The notes beneath the pieces are model-generated. The model was not told the DNA's origin, did no database searches, and was given only the letters and a program-made list of their open reading frames with translations. Shown piece after piece: positions 51,055 to 62,427 of a DNA stretch of 64,000 nucleotides. Origin of the DNA: Candidatus Marinacidobacterium sp. (GTDB lineage Bacteria > Acidobacteriota > Vicinamibacteria > Marinacidobacterales > Marinacidobacteraceae); the NCBI GenBank assembly GCA_965204755.1, contig OZ242011.1, forward strand, positions 3,104,001 through 3,168,000. Direction: 5' to 3'. The translations under genes were made by a program, and so were the position numbers. The first letter of the stretch is position 1. Every line of letters begins with the position of its first letter.

Positions 51055-52221
51055 CTAGCCGGAGCAGGCGTCGGCGATCGCGTCCTTCCGATCCGTCCGC
51101 TCCCAGGGGAAGGTCTCCGGATCCCGCCCGAAGTGCCCGCCGCTCGCCGTCCGCCGGTACCTCGGCCGGGTCAGGTCGAGGTCTTCGATGATCCGGCGCG
51201 GCGTCAGCCCGAAGACCTCGCGCACCGCGCGGCAGATCCGGGCGTCGCCCACCGTTCCGGCGCCGCGCGTGTCCACGAGCACCGAGACCGGCTCGGCGCA
51301 GCCGATCGCGTAGGCCAACTGGACTTCGACCCGGGGCGCCACGCCGGAGGCCACGATGTTCTTGGCGATGTACCGGGCCAGGTAGGCCGCCGACCGGTCC
51401 ACCTTGGTCGGGTCCTTGCCGGAGAAGGCGCCGCCCCCGTGGCGGGCCATTCCCCCGTAGGTGTCAACGATAATCTTCCGCCCGGTGAGTCCGCAGTCGG
51501 CCTTCGGGCCGCCGATGACGAATTTCCCGGTCGGGTTGACGAGGATTTCGACCCCGTTGCCGGCGAACCCCCCGAGCGCCGGGCGCACCACGAGTTCCTC
51601 CAGGTCGCGCCGGATCCGGTCCCGCCGGGCGCTCTCCGCGTGCTGCGCCGAGCACACCACCGTGGGAACCGAGTGCGGCCGGCCGTCCTCCCCGTAGGCC
51701 ACGGTCACCTGCGCCTTGCCGTCCGGCCCGAGGTACGGGATCTCGCCGCTCCGCCGCGCCTCGGTCAGCCGCGCGGTGATGCGGTGCGCGAGGACGATGG
51801 GGAGCGGCATGAGTTCCTCGGTCTCGTCGCAGGCGAAGCCGAACATCATCCCCTGGTCGCCGGCGCCGCCGGTGACCACGCCGCTCGCGATGTCCTCGGA
51901 TTGCCGGTCGATCCGCACGCGCACCTCGGCGCTGTCGGCGTCGAAGCCGTCGTCGCGGCCGGTGTAGCCGATCTCCCGGATGGTGTCGCGGACGGCGGCC
52001 TCGATCCGCTCCGGCGACGGCAGGTCGCGCCCGCCGACTTCCCCGGCGACCAGCGCCAGGTCGGTGGTGACCAGCGTTTCGCAGGCGACCCGCGCCTCCG
52101 GGTCGCGCTCCAGGTGGAGGTCCACCAGCGCGTCGGAGACCTGGTCCGCCACCTTGTCCGGATGGCCCTCGGTGACGGACTCCGAGGTGAACAGGATCGG
52201 GTCGGATTCCGGCGTAGGCAC
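51055..52221 (-). CDS. metK: S-adenosylmethionine synthetase
   Basis: [42 protein letters not shown]. Start GTG 52221. Confidence 0.96.
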   Translation of the reverse strand: MPTPESDPILFTSESVTEGHPDKVADQVSDALVDLHLERDPEARVACETLVTTDLALVAGEVGGRDLPSPERIEAAVRDTIREIGYTGRDDGFDADSAEVRVRIDRQSEDIASGVVTGGAGDQGMMFGFACDETEELMPLPIVLAHRITARLTEARRSGEIPYLGPDGKAQVTVAYGEDGRPHSVPTVVCSAQHAESARRDRIRRDLEELVVRPALGGFAGNGVEILVNPTGKFVIGGPKADCGLTGRKIIVDTYGGMARHGGGAFSGKDPTKVDRSAAYLARYIAKNIVASGVAPRVEVQLAYAIGCAEPVSVLVDTRGAGTVGDARICRAVREVFGLTPRRIIEDLDLTRPRYRRTASGGHFGRDPETFPWERTDRKDAIADACSG

Positions 52222-52432
52222 GGCGGGGCGGGGGGAGGGATCGTCGGTGGGCGACGATCGGGAGTCGCGCCGGAACGAGTCGGAGTCGGGTCGGCGGCGG
52301 GGCCGCCCGACCCGACGATGCGAACCGGGAATTCTAACTGTCCGCGGAGCGGGCGGCCCGTCGTCCCCGGCTCGGCCGGAAGGCCCGGCGGGGCCTCCCG
52401 CCGCTCGGCCGTGACCGTCCGATGACCGTCCG

Positions 52433-53623
52433 ATGACCGCCCCGCGGAGGGCCGATCGTCCGGTCGCGGTAGTCCTCCTCGCCGGCCGTTCGCTCCGCAC
52501 CTGGCCGCTCACCGTCGGGACGCCGAAGCCGCTGCTGCCGCTGTGGGGCCGGCCGCTCGCCGAACGGGTGCTCGAAGGGCTCGAGGGCGTGGTGGACGAG
52601 GCGATCCTGGTCGTGGGATACGAGAAGGAGCAGGTGCTGGCCCACCTCGGCGACCGCTTCGGCTCGATCCGGCTGACCCCGGTGGAGCAGACCCGGCAGC
52701 GCGGCACCGCCGACGCGCTCCGCGCCGCCGCCCCGCTGATCGAGGGCCGCGCGCTGGTGATCAACGGCGACGACTACTACCACCGCGACGACCTCCGGAG
52801 GGCGGCGGAGCGGCGCTGCGCCATCCTGGTCAAGGAGGCCACCGACCCCTGGAACCGGGCCACGGTTTCGGTGACGGAGGACGACCGGCTGCTCGAAGTC
52901 GTGGAGAAGCCGCCGAAGGCCCGGCCCGGCGACCTGAGCAGCATCGGCTGCTACGCCCTGGCCCGCGAGGACCTGGAACACCTCGGCGAAGTCGGCGAGA
53001 GCGTCCGGGGCGAGTTGGAGTTGCCGGACCTGATCCGCATCCTGATCGAGACCCGGGGCGTCGAGGTCGTCCGCTCCCGCCGGCCCTGGATCCCGCTGAC
53101 CTACGCCTGGGACCTGATCGGCCGGGTGGTCCCGCTCTTCGAGGACGGCGCCGAAGGAGCCGCCGCGCTGGGGCTGGAGACCTCGCCGGCGGAAGGGAAT
53201 TGGAGCGGGCCGGTGCTCCTCGCGCCGGGAGCGGAGGTCCACCCGGAGGCCGTCCTCCGGGGGCCGGTGGCGCTCGGTTCGGGGGCGGTGGTCGAGCGGC
53301 GCGCGCGCGTCGGCCCGGCGGTGCTGCTCCCCGGCGCCCGGGTCGGCGAAGGCGCGGTGGTCGAGGACAGCGTGCTCGGCGCCGGGGCCTCGGTCGGCGC
53401 CGGAGCGGCGCTGCGCTCCGGGCCGGTGGAGCGGATCCGGGTGCTCGAGCACGAAGCCCGCATCGGCGTCCCCCGGGTCGGCGCCTGCCTCGGCGACGCC
53501 GCCGCGGTTCCGCCCGGCGCGGAGACCGAGCCCGGAACGCTGCTCGCGCCCGGCGAGCGGCTCGATCCGGGGACGCGCTACCTCGGATACGGGTCGCTCG
53601 CGCCGGAGACGCGGCTGGTCTGA
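52433..53623 (+). CDS. Sugar-phosphate nucleotidyltransferase with left-handed beta-helix (GlmU/archaeal-type bifunctional family)
   Basis: [37 protein letters not shown], hexapeptide repeats. Confidence 0.8.
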   Translation: MTAPRRADRPVAVVLLAGRSLRTWPLTVGTPKPLLPLWGRPLAERVLEGLEGVVDEAILVVGYEKEQVLAHLGDRFGSIRLTPVEQTRQRGTADALRAAAPLIEGRALVINGDDYYHRDDLRRAAERRCAILVKEATDPWNRATVSVTEDDRLLEVVEKPPKARPGDLSSIGCYALAREDLEHLGEVGESVRGELELPDLIRILIETRGVEVVRSRRPWIPLTYAWDLIGRVVPLFEDGAEGAAALGLETSPAEGNWSGPVLLAPGAEVHPEAVLRGPVALGSGAVVERRARVGPAVLLPGARVGEGAVVEDSVLGAGASVGAGAALRSGPVERIRVLEHEARIGVPRVGACLGDAAAVPPGAETEPGTLLAPGERLDPGTRYLGYGSLAPETRLV

Positions 53624-53660
53624 CCGACTGACTGACTGACTGACTGATCGACCGACCGAA
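53621..53660. repeat. (GACT/GACC)n tetranucleotide microsatellite between convergent genes
   Basis: tgaccgactgactgactgactgactgatcgaccgaccgaa. Confidence 0.8.
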
Positions 53661-53686
53661 CGCCCCGGCGGCGCTGCCGCCGGCGG

Positions 53687-55975
53687 TCAGTCCCTGCGGA
53701 CGAAGAGCAGGAAGGCGGAGGCGAGGCCGAAGAACAGGTTCGGCGACCAGGCGGCGAGCGGCGGGTCGAGCACGCCGGCGTCGCCGAGGAAACTGAAGAA
53801 CTGCGTCGCCACCATATAGACGATGCCGATGGCCAGGGCCACCGCGGCCCCCGCCTTCCCGCCCCGGTTCGACTGCGCGAACGCGAAGGGCACCCCGATG
53901 AGCACGGTGATGAGCGAGGCCAGCGGCAGCGACGCCTTCCCGTGGAGGTCCACATGGAGCGCCGGCGCCCGGTGCCCGGCGGACTCGATGACCTCGATCC
54001 GGTCGCGGAGGTCGCGGTAGGGGAGGAGGTCCGCCGCCAGGTCCTCGCGCAGGAACGCCGCCGGCGGGGAGATCTCCGGGATTTCCCGCCGCGCGAAGGT
54101 GGTCACCGCCGGCCCGCCGACGAAGTCCCGCCGCCAGCCCCCGATCCCGCTCCACGCTCCGGCCGCCTCGTCCCAGTGCGCCGAGCCGACGAACGACCGG
54201 GAAGCGAGCGATCCCCCGCCTTCGGCCGGCGAGAAGATGGAGAGCCCGGTGAGGACGGAGTTCGCCGCGTCGAAGTCCTCGTAGTGGTAGATGTCCCCCG
54301 CCGGGCCCAGCCCCCAGTGCCGCTCCAGCGGATCGAGCGTCCGCTCGGCCCGGCCCTCGATCCGGGCGGAGAGGTGCTCCGCCTCCGGGCCGACCGCCGG
54401 AAGCACGTACTCCTGCAGGCCGAGTCCGGCGGCGCTGGCCGCCAGCCCCACGCCGAGCGCCGGGATCGCCAGCCGCCCCCGGCTGATCCCCCCGGCGAGG
54501 AACGCGGTGACTTCGCGGTCCCTGGTGAGCACCCCGAAGGTGATCAGCGTCGCCGCCAGCGTGGCCAGCGGGAGCATCCCCGCCGCGAACTCCGGCGTGG
54601 AGAGCAACAGGAACCGCGCCACGGTGAGGCTCGGGATCTCCCGGTCGAAGGCCTGGCCGATGACCGCGATGAGGCGCCCCACGCCCTGCACGCTCACCAG
54701 CGCCAACAGGGCGAGCAGCAGGAACCAGGCGAAGCGCCCGGCCACATACCGGTCGAGCACCGTCGGCAGCCCCGGCCGCCTCCACCGGCGGGTGGCCCGC
54801 CGCCGGAACCGCCGCCGCCGGGGCAGGAGGAACCGGACCGCGCGGACCAGCCCCCGCCCGACCGCCGCCAGCGGGTCGAGTTCGCGGGACGCCAGCGCGA
54901 GCAGCAGGATCCCGGCGGCCGCGGCCAGCAGGTTCGCCCCCCACATCGCCAGCCAGGGCGGGATCTGCCCGCTCGAAGCCAACTGCTCGCCGAACGCCAG
55001 CGGGAGGTAGTAGCCGAGCACCACCAGGATGGCGGCCACGAACGCCCCCGCCCGCTCCGAGCCCGCCGAGGGCCGGAGCCCCAGCCCCAGCCCCAGCATC
55101 CCGAAGGCGAGGCAGGCGGCCGGCAGGGCGAACTTCTTGTGGATCTCCACCAGATAGACCGGATGCTCCGTCGTCCGCCAGGCGTGGAGCAGCCGGGGGA
55201 GGCGCATCGCCCGGGCGCTCCAGCGCGGCCCGGGATCCTCCGGCCCGAAGACGCTCTCCGGGTCGAGCGGCAGCCGCATCTCGTCGGCGCGCTGGATCCG
55301 GTAGCGGCCCGGATCGCCGGGAGCGGCGTTGTGGACCTCCACCCGGTCGAGCGCCAGGTAGGCGACCCGGTTCTCCGGGGACATCGCCAGTTGCCCGCTC
55401 CCCGCCACGAAGATCGTGGGCTCGGCGGGCCGCTCCAAGTCGGCGAGGAACACCTGCCGCCAGGGGCCGCCCTCCGGGGGCGTCTCGCCGACCAACAGCA
55501 CCCGGTGGTCGAGGAGTTCGTCGTAGAAGATGCGGGCCTCGACCTCGGTCCGGAGGCGGGCGTCGAGCAGGTCCGCGGAGATCTCGACGAACCGCTGGTT
55601 CGACCGGGGCACCACTTCCAGCATCAGCGCCCCGGAGATCCCGAGGGCGAGCGCCGAGGCCGCCGCCACCGGCAGCAGCAGCCGCGGCGTCGAAATCCCC
55701 CCGGCGCGCATCACCAGGATCTCGGCGCTCGCCGAGAGCCGGTTCAGCGCGAACAGGATGCCCAGCAGCAGCGCGCTCGGCACCGCGACCACCAGCAGGC
55801 CCGGGATCAGGTAGGCGAGCGCCAGCCCGATCGTCGCCGGCCGCGCCCCCTGGGTGACCAGCAGTTCGATGTTCCGCACCAACTCGTTGAGGAGGAGCGC
55901 GAACAGGAAGACCCCCGTCCCCAGGAAGAACCCGGGTGCGATCTGGCGGAGGAGGTAACGGTCGAGAAGGCCCAC
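53687..55975 (-). CDS. lptF: Fused LptF/LptG LPS export permease
   Basis: Two YjgP/YjgQ halves: LLDRYLLRQ...EILVMRAGGIS...EIHKKFALP and VLDRYVAGR...EVTAFLAGGIS...LAAWSPN. Confidence 0.9.
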   Translation of the reverse strand: MGLLDRYLLRQIAPGFFLGTGVFLFALLLNELVRNIELLVTQGARPATIGLALAYLIPGLLVVAVPSALLLGILFALNRLSASAEILVMRAGGISTPRLLLPVAAASALALGISGALMLEVVPRSNQRFVEISADLLDARLRTEVEARIFYDELLDHRVLLVGETPPEGGPWRQVFLADLERPAEPTIFVAGSGQLAMSPENRVAYLALDRVEVHNAAPGDPGRYRIQRADEMRLPLDPESVFGPEDPGPRWSARAMRLPRLLHAWRTTEHPVYLVEIHKKFALPAACLAFGMLGLGLGLRPSAGSERAGAFVAAILVVLGYYLPLAFGEQLASSGQIPPWLAMWGANLLAAAAGILLLALASRELDPLAAVGRGLVRAVRFLLPRRRRFRRRATRRWRRPGLPTVLDRYVAGRFAWFLLLALLALVSVQGVGRLIAVIGQAFDREIPSLTVARFLLLSTPEFAAGMLPLATLAATLITFGVLTRDREVTAFLAGGISRGRLAIPALGVGLAASAAGLGLQEYVLPAVGPEAEHLSARIEGRAERTLDPLERHWGLGPAGDIYHYEDFDAANSVLTGLSIFSPAEGGGSLASRSFVGSAHWDEAAGAWSGIGGWRRDFVGGPAVTTFARREIPEISPPAAFLREDLAADLLPYRDLRDRIEVIESAGHRAPALHVDLHGKASLPLASLITVLIGVPFAFAQSNRGGKAGAAVALAIGIVYMVATQFFSFLGDAGVLDPPLAAWSPNLFFGLASAFLLFVRRD

Positions 55976-56127
55976 GCGAAGGGGTGTCGGCTGGCTGGAG
56001 CGCCCGGACGCCCGCCCGCCGGAGGCCGGGAACCAGGCGCGCCGAGCGGGGGGCAGCCGGGCCGGATGCTACCCGCTCCGGGAGGCGTTTCCGGCCCTCC
56101 GGGCGCCGTCCCTTCCGGCGCTCCGAC

Positions 56128-56200
56128 CCACAGCATCTTGGGTACGACTGGCCTCCGCACCACAACATGTTGTGGTTTCGGCCCGGAACCGGAGTAGAAT
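56128..56200 (+). promoter_or_regulatory. Tandem NrdR-like boxes and -10 element upstream of smc
   Basis: CCACAGCATCTTGGGT (56128-56143) and perfect palindrome CCACAACATGTTGTGG (56160-56175), 32-bp period. TAGAAT at 56195-56200. Confidence 0.7.
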
Positions 56201-56228
56201 GGCCCGCACGGTTTCGACCGGCTGAACA

Positions 56229-59200
56229 ATGAGGATCGAGCGGATCGAACTCGCCGGTTTCAAGTCCTTCGCGGACCCGGTGGTCCTGGAATTCCAGGGG
56301 GGCTCCACCGCCATCGTCGGGCCGAACGGCTGCGGCAAGTCCAACATCGCCGACGCGGTCTTCTGGGCGCTCGGCGAACTCGGCGCGTCCACGATCCGCG
56401 CCCGCGGCAAGGACCTGATCTTCAGCGGCAGCGGCCTCCGCGAGCCGCTCGGCGTGGCGGAGGTGCGGATGCACCTGAGCGGCGCCCCGGAGGACCTGGG
56501 CGGCTTGGGCCGCCCCCGGGGGCTCGCCGGCCGCCCGAAGATCCCGGCGGACGCCGCCGACGCCGCCCCGGAGGGACCGGCGCCCGACCGGGAGGCCCCC
56601 GCCGGGACGAACGGCGCCGCCCCTTCCGGGCCCGAAGATGCCTCGGAGACGGAAGACGCCTCCGGGACCGGCCGTTCGGTGACCGTGAGCCGCCGGGTGG
56701 ACCGCACGGGGACCTCCACCTACCGCATAGACGGCCGCCGGGCGCGCCGCCGGGATGTGCAGCGCCTCTTCGCCGCCGCCGGCCTCGGCCCCGGCTCCTA
56801 CGCGCTCATCGAGCAGGGCCGCGCGAACGATGTGATCACCCGCCGCCCCGAGGAACTCCGGGTCCTGGTCGAGGAGGCCGCCGGACTCGGCTCCTACCGG
56901 CTGAACCGGCAGGAGAGCGAGGCGAACCTCCGCGCCGCGGAGAAGGCGCTGGAGCGGGTGCGCGACCGCCTCGCGGAACTCGACCGGGCCATCCGCCAGG
57001 CCAAGCGCGACGCCCGTTCGGCGAAGCGCGCCCGGAAGACCGGCGAGCGCATCCGGCTGCTGCGGATCGCCGAGCAGGCGGCCCGCCGGGCGGCGCTCTC
57101 CGCCCGCATCCGGCAAGGCCGCGCCCCGGAGGTCGCCCTCGCCGACGAGCGCGACCGCCGGGCGCTCAGCCTCGGCGCCTTCGACCGATTCCTCGCCGGA
57201 CTCCGCGCCGAGCGCGCCGAACTCGCCGAGTCCCTCCGAGACGCCACCCGCCGCCTGGGAGACGCCCGCGGCGAGCAGGCGCGGGCCGAGGCGGTCCTCA
57301 CCGAGGGGGAGCACGCCGCCGCCGGCCGGGCGGCGCGCCTCCCCCGGCTCGCCGAAGAGGAACGCGAAGTCGAGGCTCGCCGGGAGGCGCGTCGGGAGGA
57401 GCATTCCCGCCTCGCCGGCCGCGCCGGGACTTTCCCCGACCTCCTGGAGCGCCTCTCCGCCGAGACCGCCGCCCGCGCCGAAGGGCGCGACCGCCTGCGC
57501 CGGGAGGAGCGCGAAGTCGAGTCCGCGGCGGCCGCCGCGAGACACGACCGCCAGCGGCTCGAGGCCTCCGCCACCGCGAAGCGTCTCGCCGGGCAGCACC
57601 ACGACCGCCAGCGCGAACGCCTCTCCGCCGCCCGGCTGGAACTCGCCGGCTCGACCCGGGAACTCGAAGCCCGGGCGGTCTCGGCGGCGAAGCGGGCGGA
57701 AGACGCCGCCGCCGGGGAAGAGCGGCAGGCCGGGGAAGTCGCCGGGCGCCGCGAAGCCGCCGAGGCCGCCGACCGGGCGCTCGAACGGGCCGCCGCCGAA
57801 CGCGCGAACGCCCGCCGCCAGGAAGCGGAAGCGCGCGCCGCGCTCGAAGGCGCGCGGGCGCGTCTCGCCTCCGTGCGGGCGCTCGTAATCTCGCGCGAAC
57901 AACTCGGCCCCACCGCCGCCCGGCTCCTCCGCCTCGCCCCGGAACGCGGCCTGCCGGTCCTGGGCGCGGTGGGCGACGCCGTCGAAGTGGACACCGGCTT
58001 CGAGTCCGCCGCCGAGCGCCTGCTGGGCGTCCACCGGGTCCGGGTGGAGAAGGCCGAGGACCTGTTCCCGCTGCTCGACTCGCTGGACGCGGACGAGGCC
58101 GCGCCCTGCGAAGCGCTGGTCGCGGAATTCGCGCGGGCTTCGGAACCCGCGGCGGAGCCGGACGCGGCCGCCGCCGACGGGCCGGCGGAAGCGGCGCCGG
58201 AGAAGACGCAGTCGGACGAAACGCGGCTCGGCGCCCATGTGCGGGCGGAGGCACCGGAGGTCCGCGCCGCGATCCCGCACGCGGTGGTGACTCCCGACCT
58301 CCGGACCGCGCTCGCCCGTTACCGCGAGCGCCCCGGGCTCTATGTCACCCGCGCCGGCGAGACCGTCGCGCCACCGGGCGTCGTCCGCTTCGGACGCGGC
58401 GGGCCGGGCGAGGGATACCTGGCCGCCCGCCGCGAAGCCGCCGAGCGCGAGGAGGAACGCGAGCGGGCCGAAGCGCATCTGGTCGCCGCCGAAGCCGGCC
58501 TCGAAGTGGCCGTCGAGGCGGCGTCCCTGGCCGAGACCGAGCGCGACGCCCGCCGCGAGGCGCTCGCCCGGGCGGAAGCGGAACTCGGTCGTCGTCACCT
58601 GGCCGCGGAGCGCGCCCGCCAAGACGAGACCGCCGTCTCCCGACGCCGGGAGCAGGTCCGCGACGAAACGGCCGCCCACGCCGAAGAGGAGCAGCGGAAC
58701 GAGGAAGCCGCCGCCCGCTCCGTCGAGGAACTGGCCCGCGACCGGGAGGAACTCGAAGAGACCGGCCGCCGGCTGGCCGAGGGCGAGACCCGGCTCGCCG
58801 AAGTCCGCCGCCGGCTCGACGCCGCCGAGCGCGCCTGGGAAGAGGCGGACCGGGAACTCGCCCGGCAGACCGCGGTGGCCGACGAAGTGCGCCGGGAGGA
58901 GAGTTCCCGCGAGCGCGCCGCCGCGACGACTCCCGGCGGCTCGCCCGCATCGGCGAGGAGCGCGAAGCCCTGCGGGCCGAGGACGAGGAGTGGAAGGCCC
59001 GCCGGGAGGCGGCGCTCCGCGGCCGCCGGGACGCCGCCGCCCGCAGTCGGGAGTGGCAGGCGGAAGAAGCCCGCCTGACGGAAGCCGGCGACCGCCGGAG
59101 CGCCCGGCTCGCGCAGGCCGAGGACGCGCTCCGCGCCCGGCGCGCCGAACTCGAATCGGTGGAGCGGCGGCTCACCGCCGCCCGCAGCGAAGTCGGGGAG

Positions 59201-60148
59201 GCGAAGACCCTCCTCGCCGACCTGGAGGCGGAGTTCGAGCGGACCGCCGGCCGCCCGCTCGCCGACGCCGCCGCCGGGCTGCCGGCGGATCTCGCCGAGC
59301 GGGAGCGGGACGAGATCGCCGGGGAACTGCGCGAGCAGGAAGACCGCCTCGCCCGGCTGGGCCCGGTGAACGAGATCGCCGAAGCCCGGCTGCGGGAACT
59401 GCAGGCGGAACGCGACGGCCCGGCGGCGCACCTGCGGGATGTGGAGCAGGGCATCGGCGACGGCCTCGAGGCGCTCGAACGCCACGACCGGGACGCCCGC
59501 CGCCGGTTCCACCGCGCCTTCGAGGCGGTGGACGCCGGCTTCGATGTGGCCTTCCGCCAACTCTTCGGCGGCGGCCGCGCCGAACTCCGCCTGACGACCC
59601 CGGAACCGGCGTCCGGCGACCCGGCCATCGGCGAGGGGGAAGCGCCCCCGGAACCCGACGCCGGCTCGGTGAACGGGAACGGCGCGGCCGCCGCCGGCGA
59701 CGCGGCGGAATCGCGGCCGGAGTTCCGCCCCGGCGTCGAGATGCGCGCCCAGCCGCCCGGCAAGAAACTCCAGAGCCTGCGCCTGCTCTCCGGCGGCGAG
59801 AAGGCGCTCACCGCCATCGCCTTCCTCATCGCGCTCTTCCGCTACCGCCCGGCCCCCTTCTGCCTGCTCGACGAGGTGGACGCCCCGCTCGACGACGCCA
59901 ATGTGCAGAGGTTCGCCGGGCTGCTCGACGAGTTGAAGCAGGACACCCAACTGGTCGTCATCACCCACAACCGGCAGACCATGGAGTCCTGCGAGCACCT
60001 CTACGGGGTGACGATGGAAGAGCCCGGCGTCTCCCGGCTGGTGTCCGTGGAGATCGGCGACGAGCAGATCGAGGGCTGGCTCGGCGACCGCGGCGGCGAC
60101 GCCGCGCCGGAGCGCGCCCTGAGCCCGCCCGCTCCTCCCCCGGCGTAA
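56229..60148 (+). CDS. smc: Chromosome segregation protein SMC (split by a 1-bp frameshift near 58921)
   Basis: GFKSF, Walker A GPNGCGKSN, IEQG, hinge, GPVN, LSGGEK, LDEVDAPLD. The coiled-coil sequence continues in the frame of ORF 59159-60148 from about 58922. Confidence 0.9.
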
Positions 60149-60154
60149 GCGCCG

Positions 60155-61165
60155 GTGGCGGACGGCGAGACGGCGGCGCCGACCGGCAGCGCCGCCGCCT
60201 CTCCCGTTTCGTCGAGCGGGGGGGCGTCCGCCGCCGCCGTCCCCGCCCGGGCGATGGTGTTCGCGGCCGGCCGGGGCGAGCGGCTGGGGCCGCTCTCCGA
60301 CCGCCTGGCGAAGCCGGCGCTCCCGTTCTGCGGCGTCCCGCTGCTGACCCGGATCCTCGGCCGCCTCGCCTCCGCCGGGGTCTCGGAAGCCGTCGTCAAC
60401 CTGCACCACCTCCCGGAAACCGTCGAACCGCTGCTGCGGGCCGCCGAGTCTTCGCCGGGCCTGACCCTCCACCGCTCGTTCGAGTCCGACCTGCTCGGCA
60501 CTTCCGGCGGGCTCGGCCGCGCCGCCGGGCGCTTCGGAGAGGCGCTGGGCGGCGCCGGCGCGTTCTGGGTGGTGAACGGGGACACGCTGGCGCTGGCGCC
60601 GCTCGGCGAGATGGCCGCCTTCCACGCCCGCGCCGTCCGCTCCGGGGCGGAGGCGACGCTCCTCGCTGTCGCCGACCCCGGCCCGGCCTTCGCGGGAGAA
60701 CGACGGCTCGAAGTATCGGAAGACGGCGCAGTCGTCGGCCTCACGCGGCCCGGCGGCCCGGGGCCGGGATTCGCCGGGGTGTGGATGCTGGAGCCTTCGG
60801 CGCTCCGGTTCCTGCGCGGCGGGCCGGGCGGACTCTCCGGCGATCTGCTGCCGGGCCTCATCGCCGCCGGAACGGCGCGGGCGTTCCCGAGCGCCGCGCC
60901 CTGGTTCGAGATCGGGACGCCGCGCCGCTACCTCGAAGGGTCGCTCGCCGCCGCCGCGCAGGGCCTCTTCCCGCCGGACTTCGCGGCCCCGGACGCCTTC
61001 GCGGCCCCCGACGCGGTGGTTGCGGAGTCCCTCCTGCTCCCCGGCGTCCGGGTCGAGTCCGGTGCGAGCGTCGTCCGTTCGGTGGTCGCCGCCGGCGAAG
61101 TCGTCCCCGCCGGCGCGGAGATCCGGGAAGCGCTCTTCGCCGGAGGGGCGGCCCATGACCTCTAG
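60155..61165 (+). CDS. NDP-sugar nucleotidyltransferase, MurU-like
   Basis: AMVFAAGRGERLGPLS..KPAL, VNLHHL, LLGTSGG, VVNGD, WFEIGTP. Adjacent to an AmgK-like kinase. Confidence 0.8.
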   Translation: MADGETAAPTGSAAASPVSSSGGASAAAVPARAMVFAAGRGERLGPLSDRLAKPALPFCGVPLLTRILGRLASAGVSEAVVNLHHLPETVEPLLRAAESSPGLTLHRSFESDLLGTSGGLGRAAGRFGEALGGAGAFWVVNGDTLALAPLGEMAAFHARAVRSGAEATLLAVADPGPAFAGERRLEVSEDGAVVGLTRPGGPGPGFAGVWMLEPSALRFLRGGPGGLSGDLLPGLIAAGTARAFPSAAPWFEIGTPRRYLEGSLAAAAQGLFPPDFAAPDAFAAPDAVVAESLLLPGVRVESGASVVRSVVAAGEVVPAGAEIREALFAGGAAHDL

Positions 61166-62351
61166 GCCGCGCCCCGGCGCGGCGGGGCGCCGGGACACGC
61201 GCGGCCGGCTGGACGAGTGGCTCTCGTCCCGGCGGCTCGACGGGGCGTCCGCGGAGCGGCTGGTCCAGGACGCCGGCGAGCGGGTCTATTTCCGGGTCCG
61301 CCCCCCGGAGGGGGCGGCGGAGTTCCCGGGCGGCGCTTTCGATCCCGCCCCGCGCGGGTTCGTGGCCTGCGTGATGGCCGCGCCGTACGCGCCGGGCTCG
61401 CTCCCGTTCGCCAACGCGGCCGGCCTCTACTTGGAGATGGGCGTGCCGGGGCCGCGGGTGCTGGAGGAGGTCCCGGAGCGCGGCGTCGTCGCCCTCCAGG
61501 ACCTCGGCGACGACCTGCTGCAGGTCGTGGCCGAGCGCGACCGCGCGGAGGCGGCCGGCCTCTACGACCAGGCGGTGCGCTGGATCGGCCGCATCCAGCG
61601 CGAAGGGGCGCGGATCGGCGCCTCCCCGGAGGCGGGGCGCTACCGGGCGTTCTCGATGCGGCTCGACGAGGCGCTCTTCGTCCGGGAACTCCGGTTCTTC
61701 GCGGAGCACTTCGTCCGGGGCCACCTGGGTTTCGACGGGGAGACGGCGCCGGGCAAGGCGTTCCTCCGCGAGTTGGACGACCTGCTCTCGGCGCTCGCCG
61801 CGGAAGCGGCGGCCACGCCGACCGCGCTCTGCCACCGCGACTACCACTCCCGCAACCTGATCGCCGCCGGCGGCTCGGCGGGCGCTACGACCGGCGCCGG
61901 GCCGCGCGACAGTCCGTCATCCGGCGGCGCGGCGTCCCTCCATGTCATCGATCATCAGGACACCCGGCTCGGGCCGCGCGCCTACGACCTGATGTCGCTC
62001 GCGCGGGATCCCTATGTCGGCCCGGCGGCCGAAGCGGATCCGGGCGTATCCGCCGGTGCCCCGCCGGAGATGCCGGTCTCCGAGGCCGATCTACTCGATC
62101 TCTTCCGCGAGGCGGCCGGCCTCGGCGCCGGCGCCGGCGCCGAGTTGGAGGCGGAGTTCGACGCCGTCGCCCTCCAGCGCCACCTGAAGGCGCTCGGCAC
62201 CTACGGCTTCGCCCGCCGCCGGAACCCGGTGTACCGCCGGTTCATCGCCCCGACGCTGGCGATGGTCGCCGCCAACCTCGCCCGCCACGCCGACCGCCCG
62301 GCCCGCCGAGCGCTCCGCTCCCGGCTGGCCGACCTCGGCCTCTTCGCCTGA
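61155..62351 (+). CDS. APH-family phosphotransferase, AmgK-like (anomeric MurNAc/GlcNAc kinase)
   Basis: DAGERVYFR, LQDLGD, CHRDYHSRN, IDHQD..LGP..YDLMSL..D, QRHLKALG. Confidence 0.8.
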   Translation: MTSRPRPGAAGRRDTRGRLDEWLSSRRLDGASAERLVQDAGERVYFRVRPPEGAAEFPGGAFDPAPRGFVACVMAAPYAPGSLPFANAAGLYLEMGVPGPRVLEEVPERGVVALQDLGDDLLQVVAERDRAEAAGLYDQAVRWIGRIQREGARIGASPEAGRYRAFSMRLDEALFVRELRFFAEHFVRGHLGFDGETAPGKAFLRELDDLLSALAAEAAATPTALCHRDYHSRNLIAAGGSAGATTGAGPRDSPSSGGAASLHVIDHQDTRLGPRAYDLMSLARDPYVGPAAEADPGVSAGAPPEMPVSEADLLDLFREAAGLGAGAGAELEAEFDAVALQRHLKALGTYGFARRRNPVYRRFIAPTLAMVAANLARHADRPARRALRSRLADLGLFA

Positions 62352-62427
62352 GCCCCGGGGAGATCCCGAGGCCCCGGCGAGCGGAGGGCGGCGGCCGGTT
62401 CGTCGCGCCCCCGAGGGCGGCGCGCCC

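Noticed and set aside
52222-52432. SAM riboswitch upstream of metK
   Set aside because: GC hairpins are present, but no SAM-I/II consensus was recognisable by eye. An Rfam/Infernal scan would settle it.
53687-55975. LptF-LptG fusion as a novelty
   Set aside because: Such fusions are already known, for example in Acidobacteriota. Useful only as a taxonomic hint.
52830-58679. 1949-aa minus-strand ORF and other long R/P/G/A-rich ORFs (e.g. 5871-8678, 7349-10312, 47634-51191, 34128-35531)
   Set aside because: Shadow or alternative frames of well-supported genes, expected because stop codons are scarce at very high GC. No recognisable motifs.
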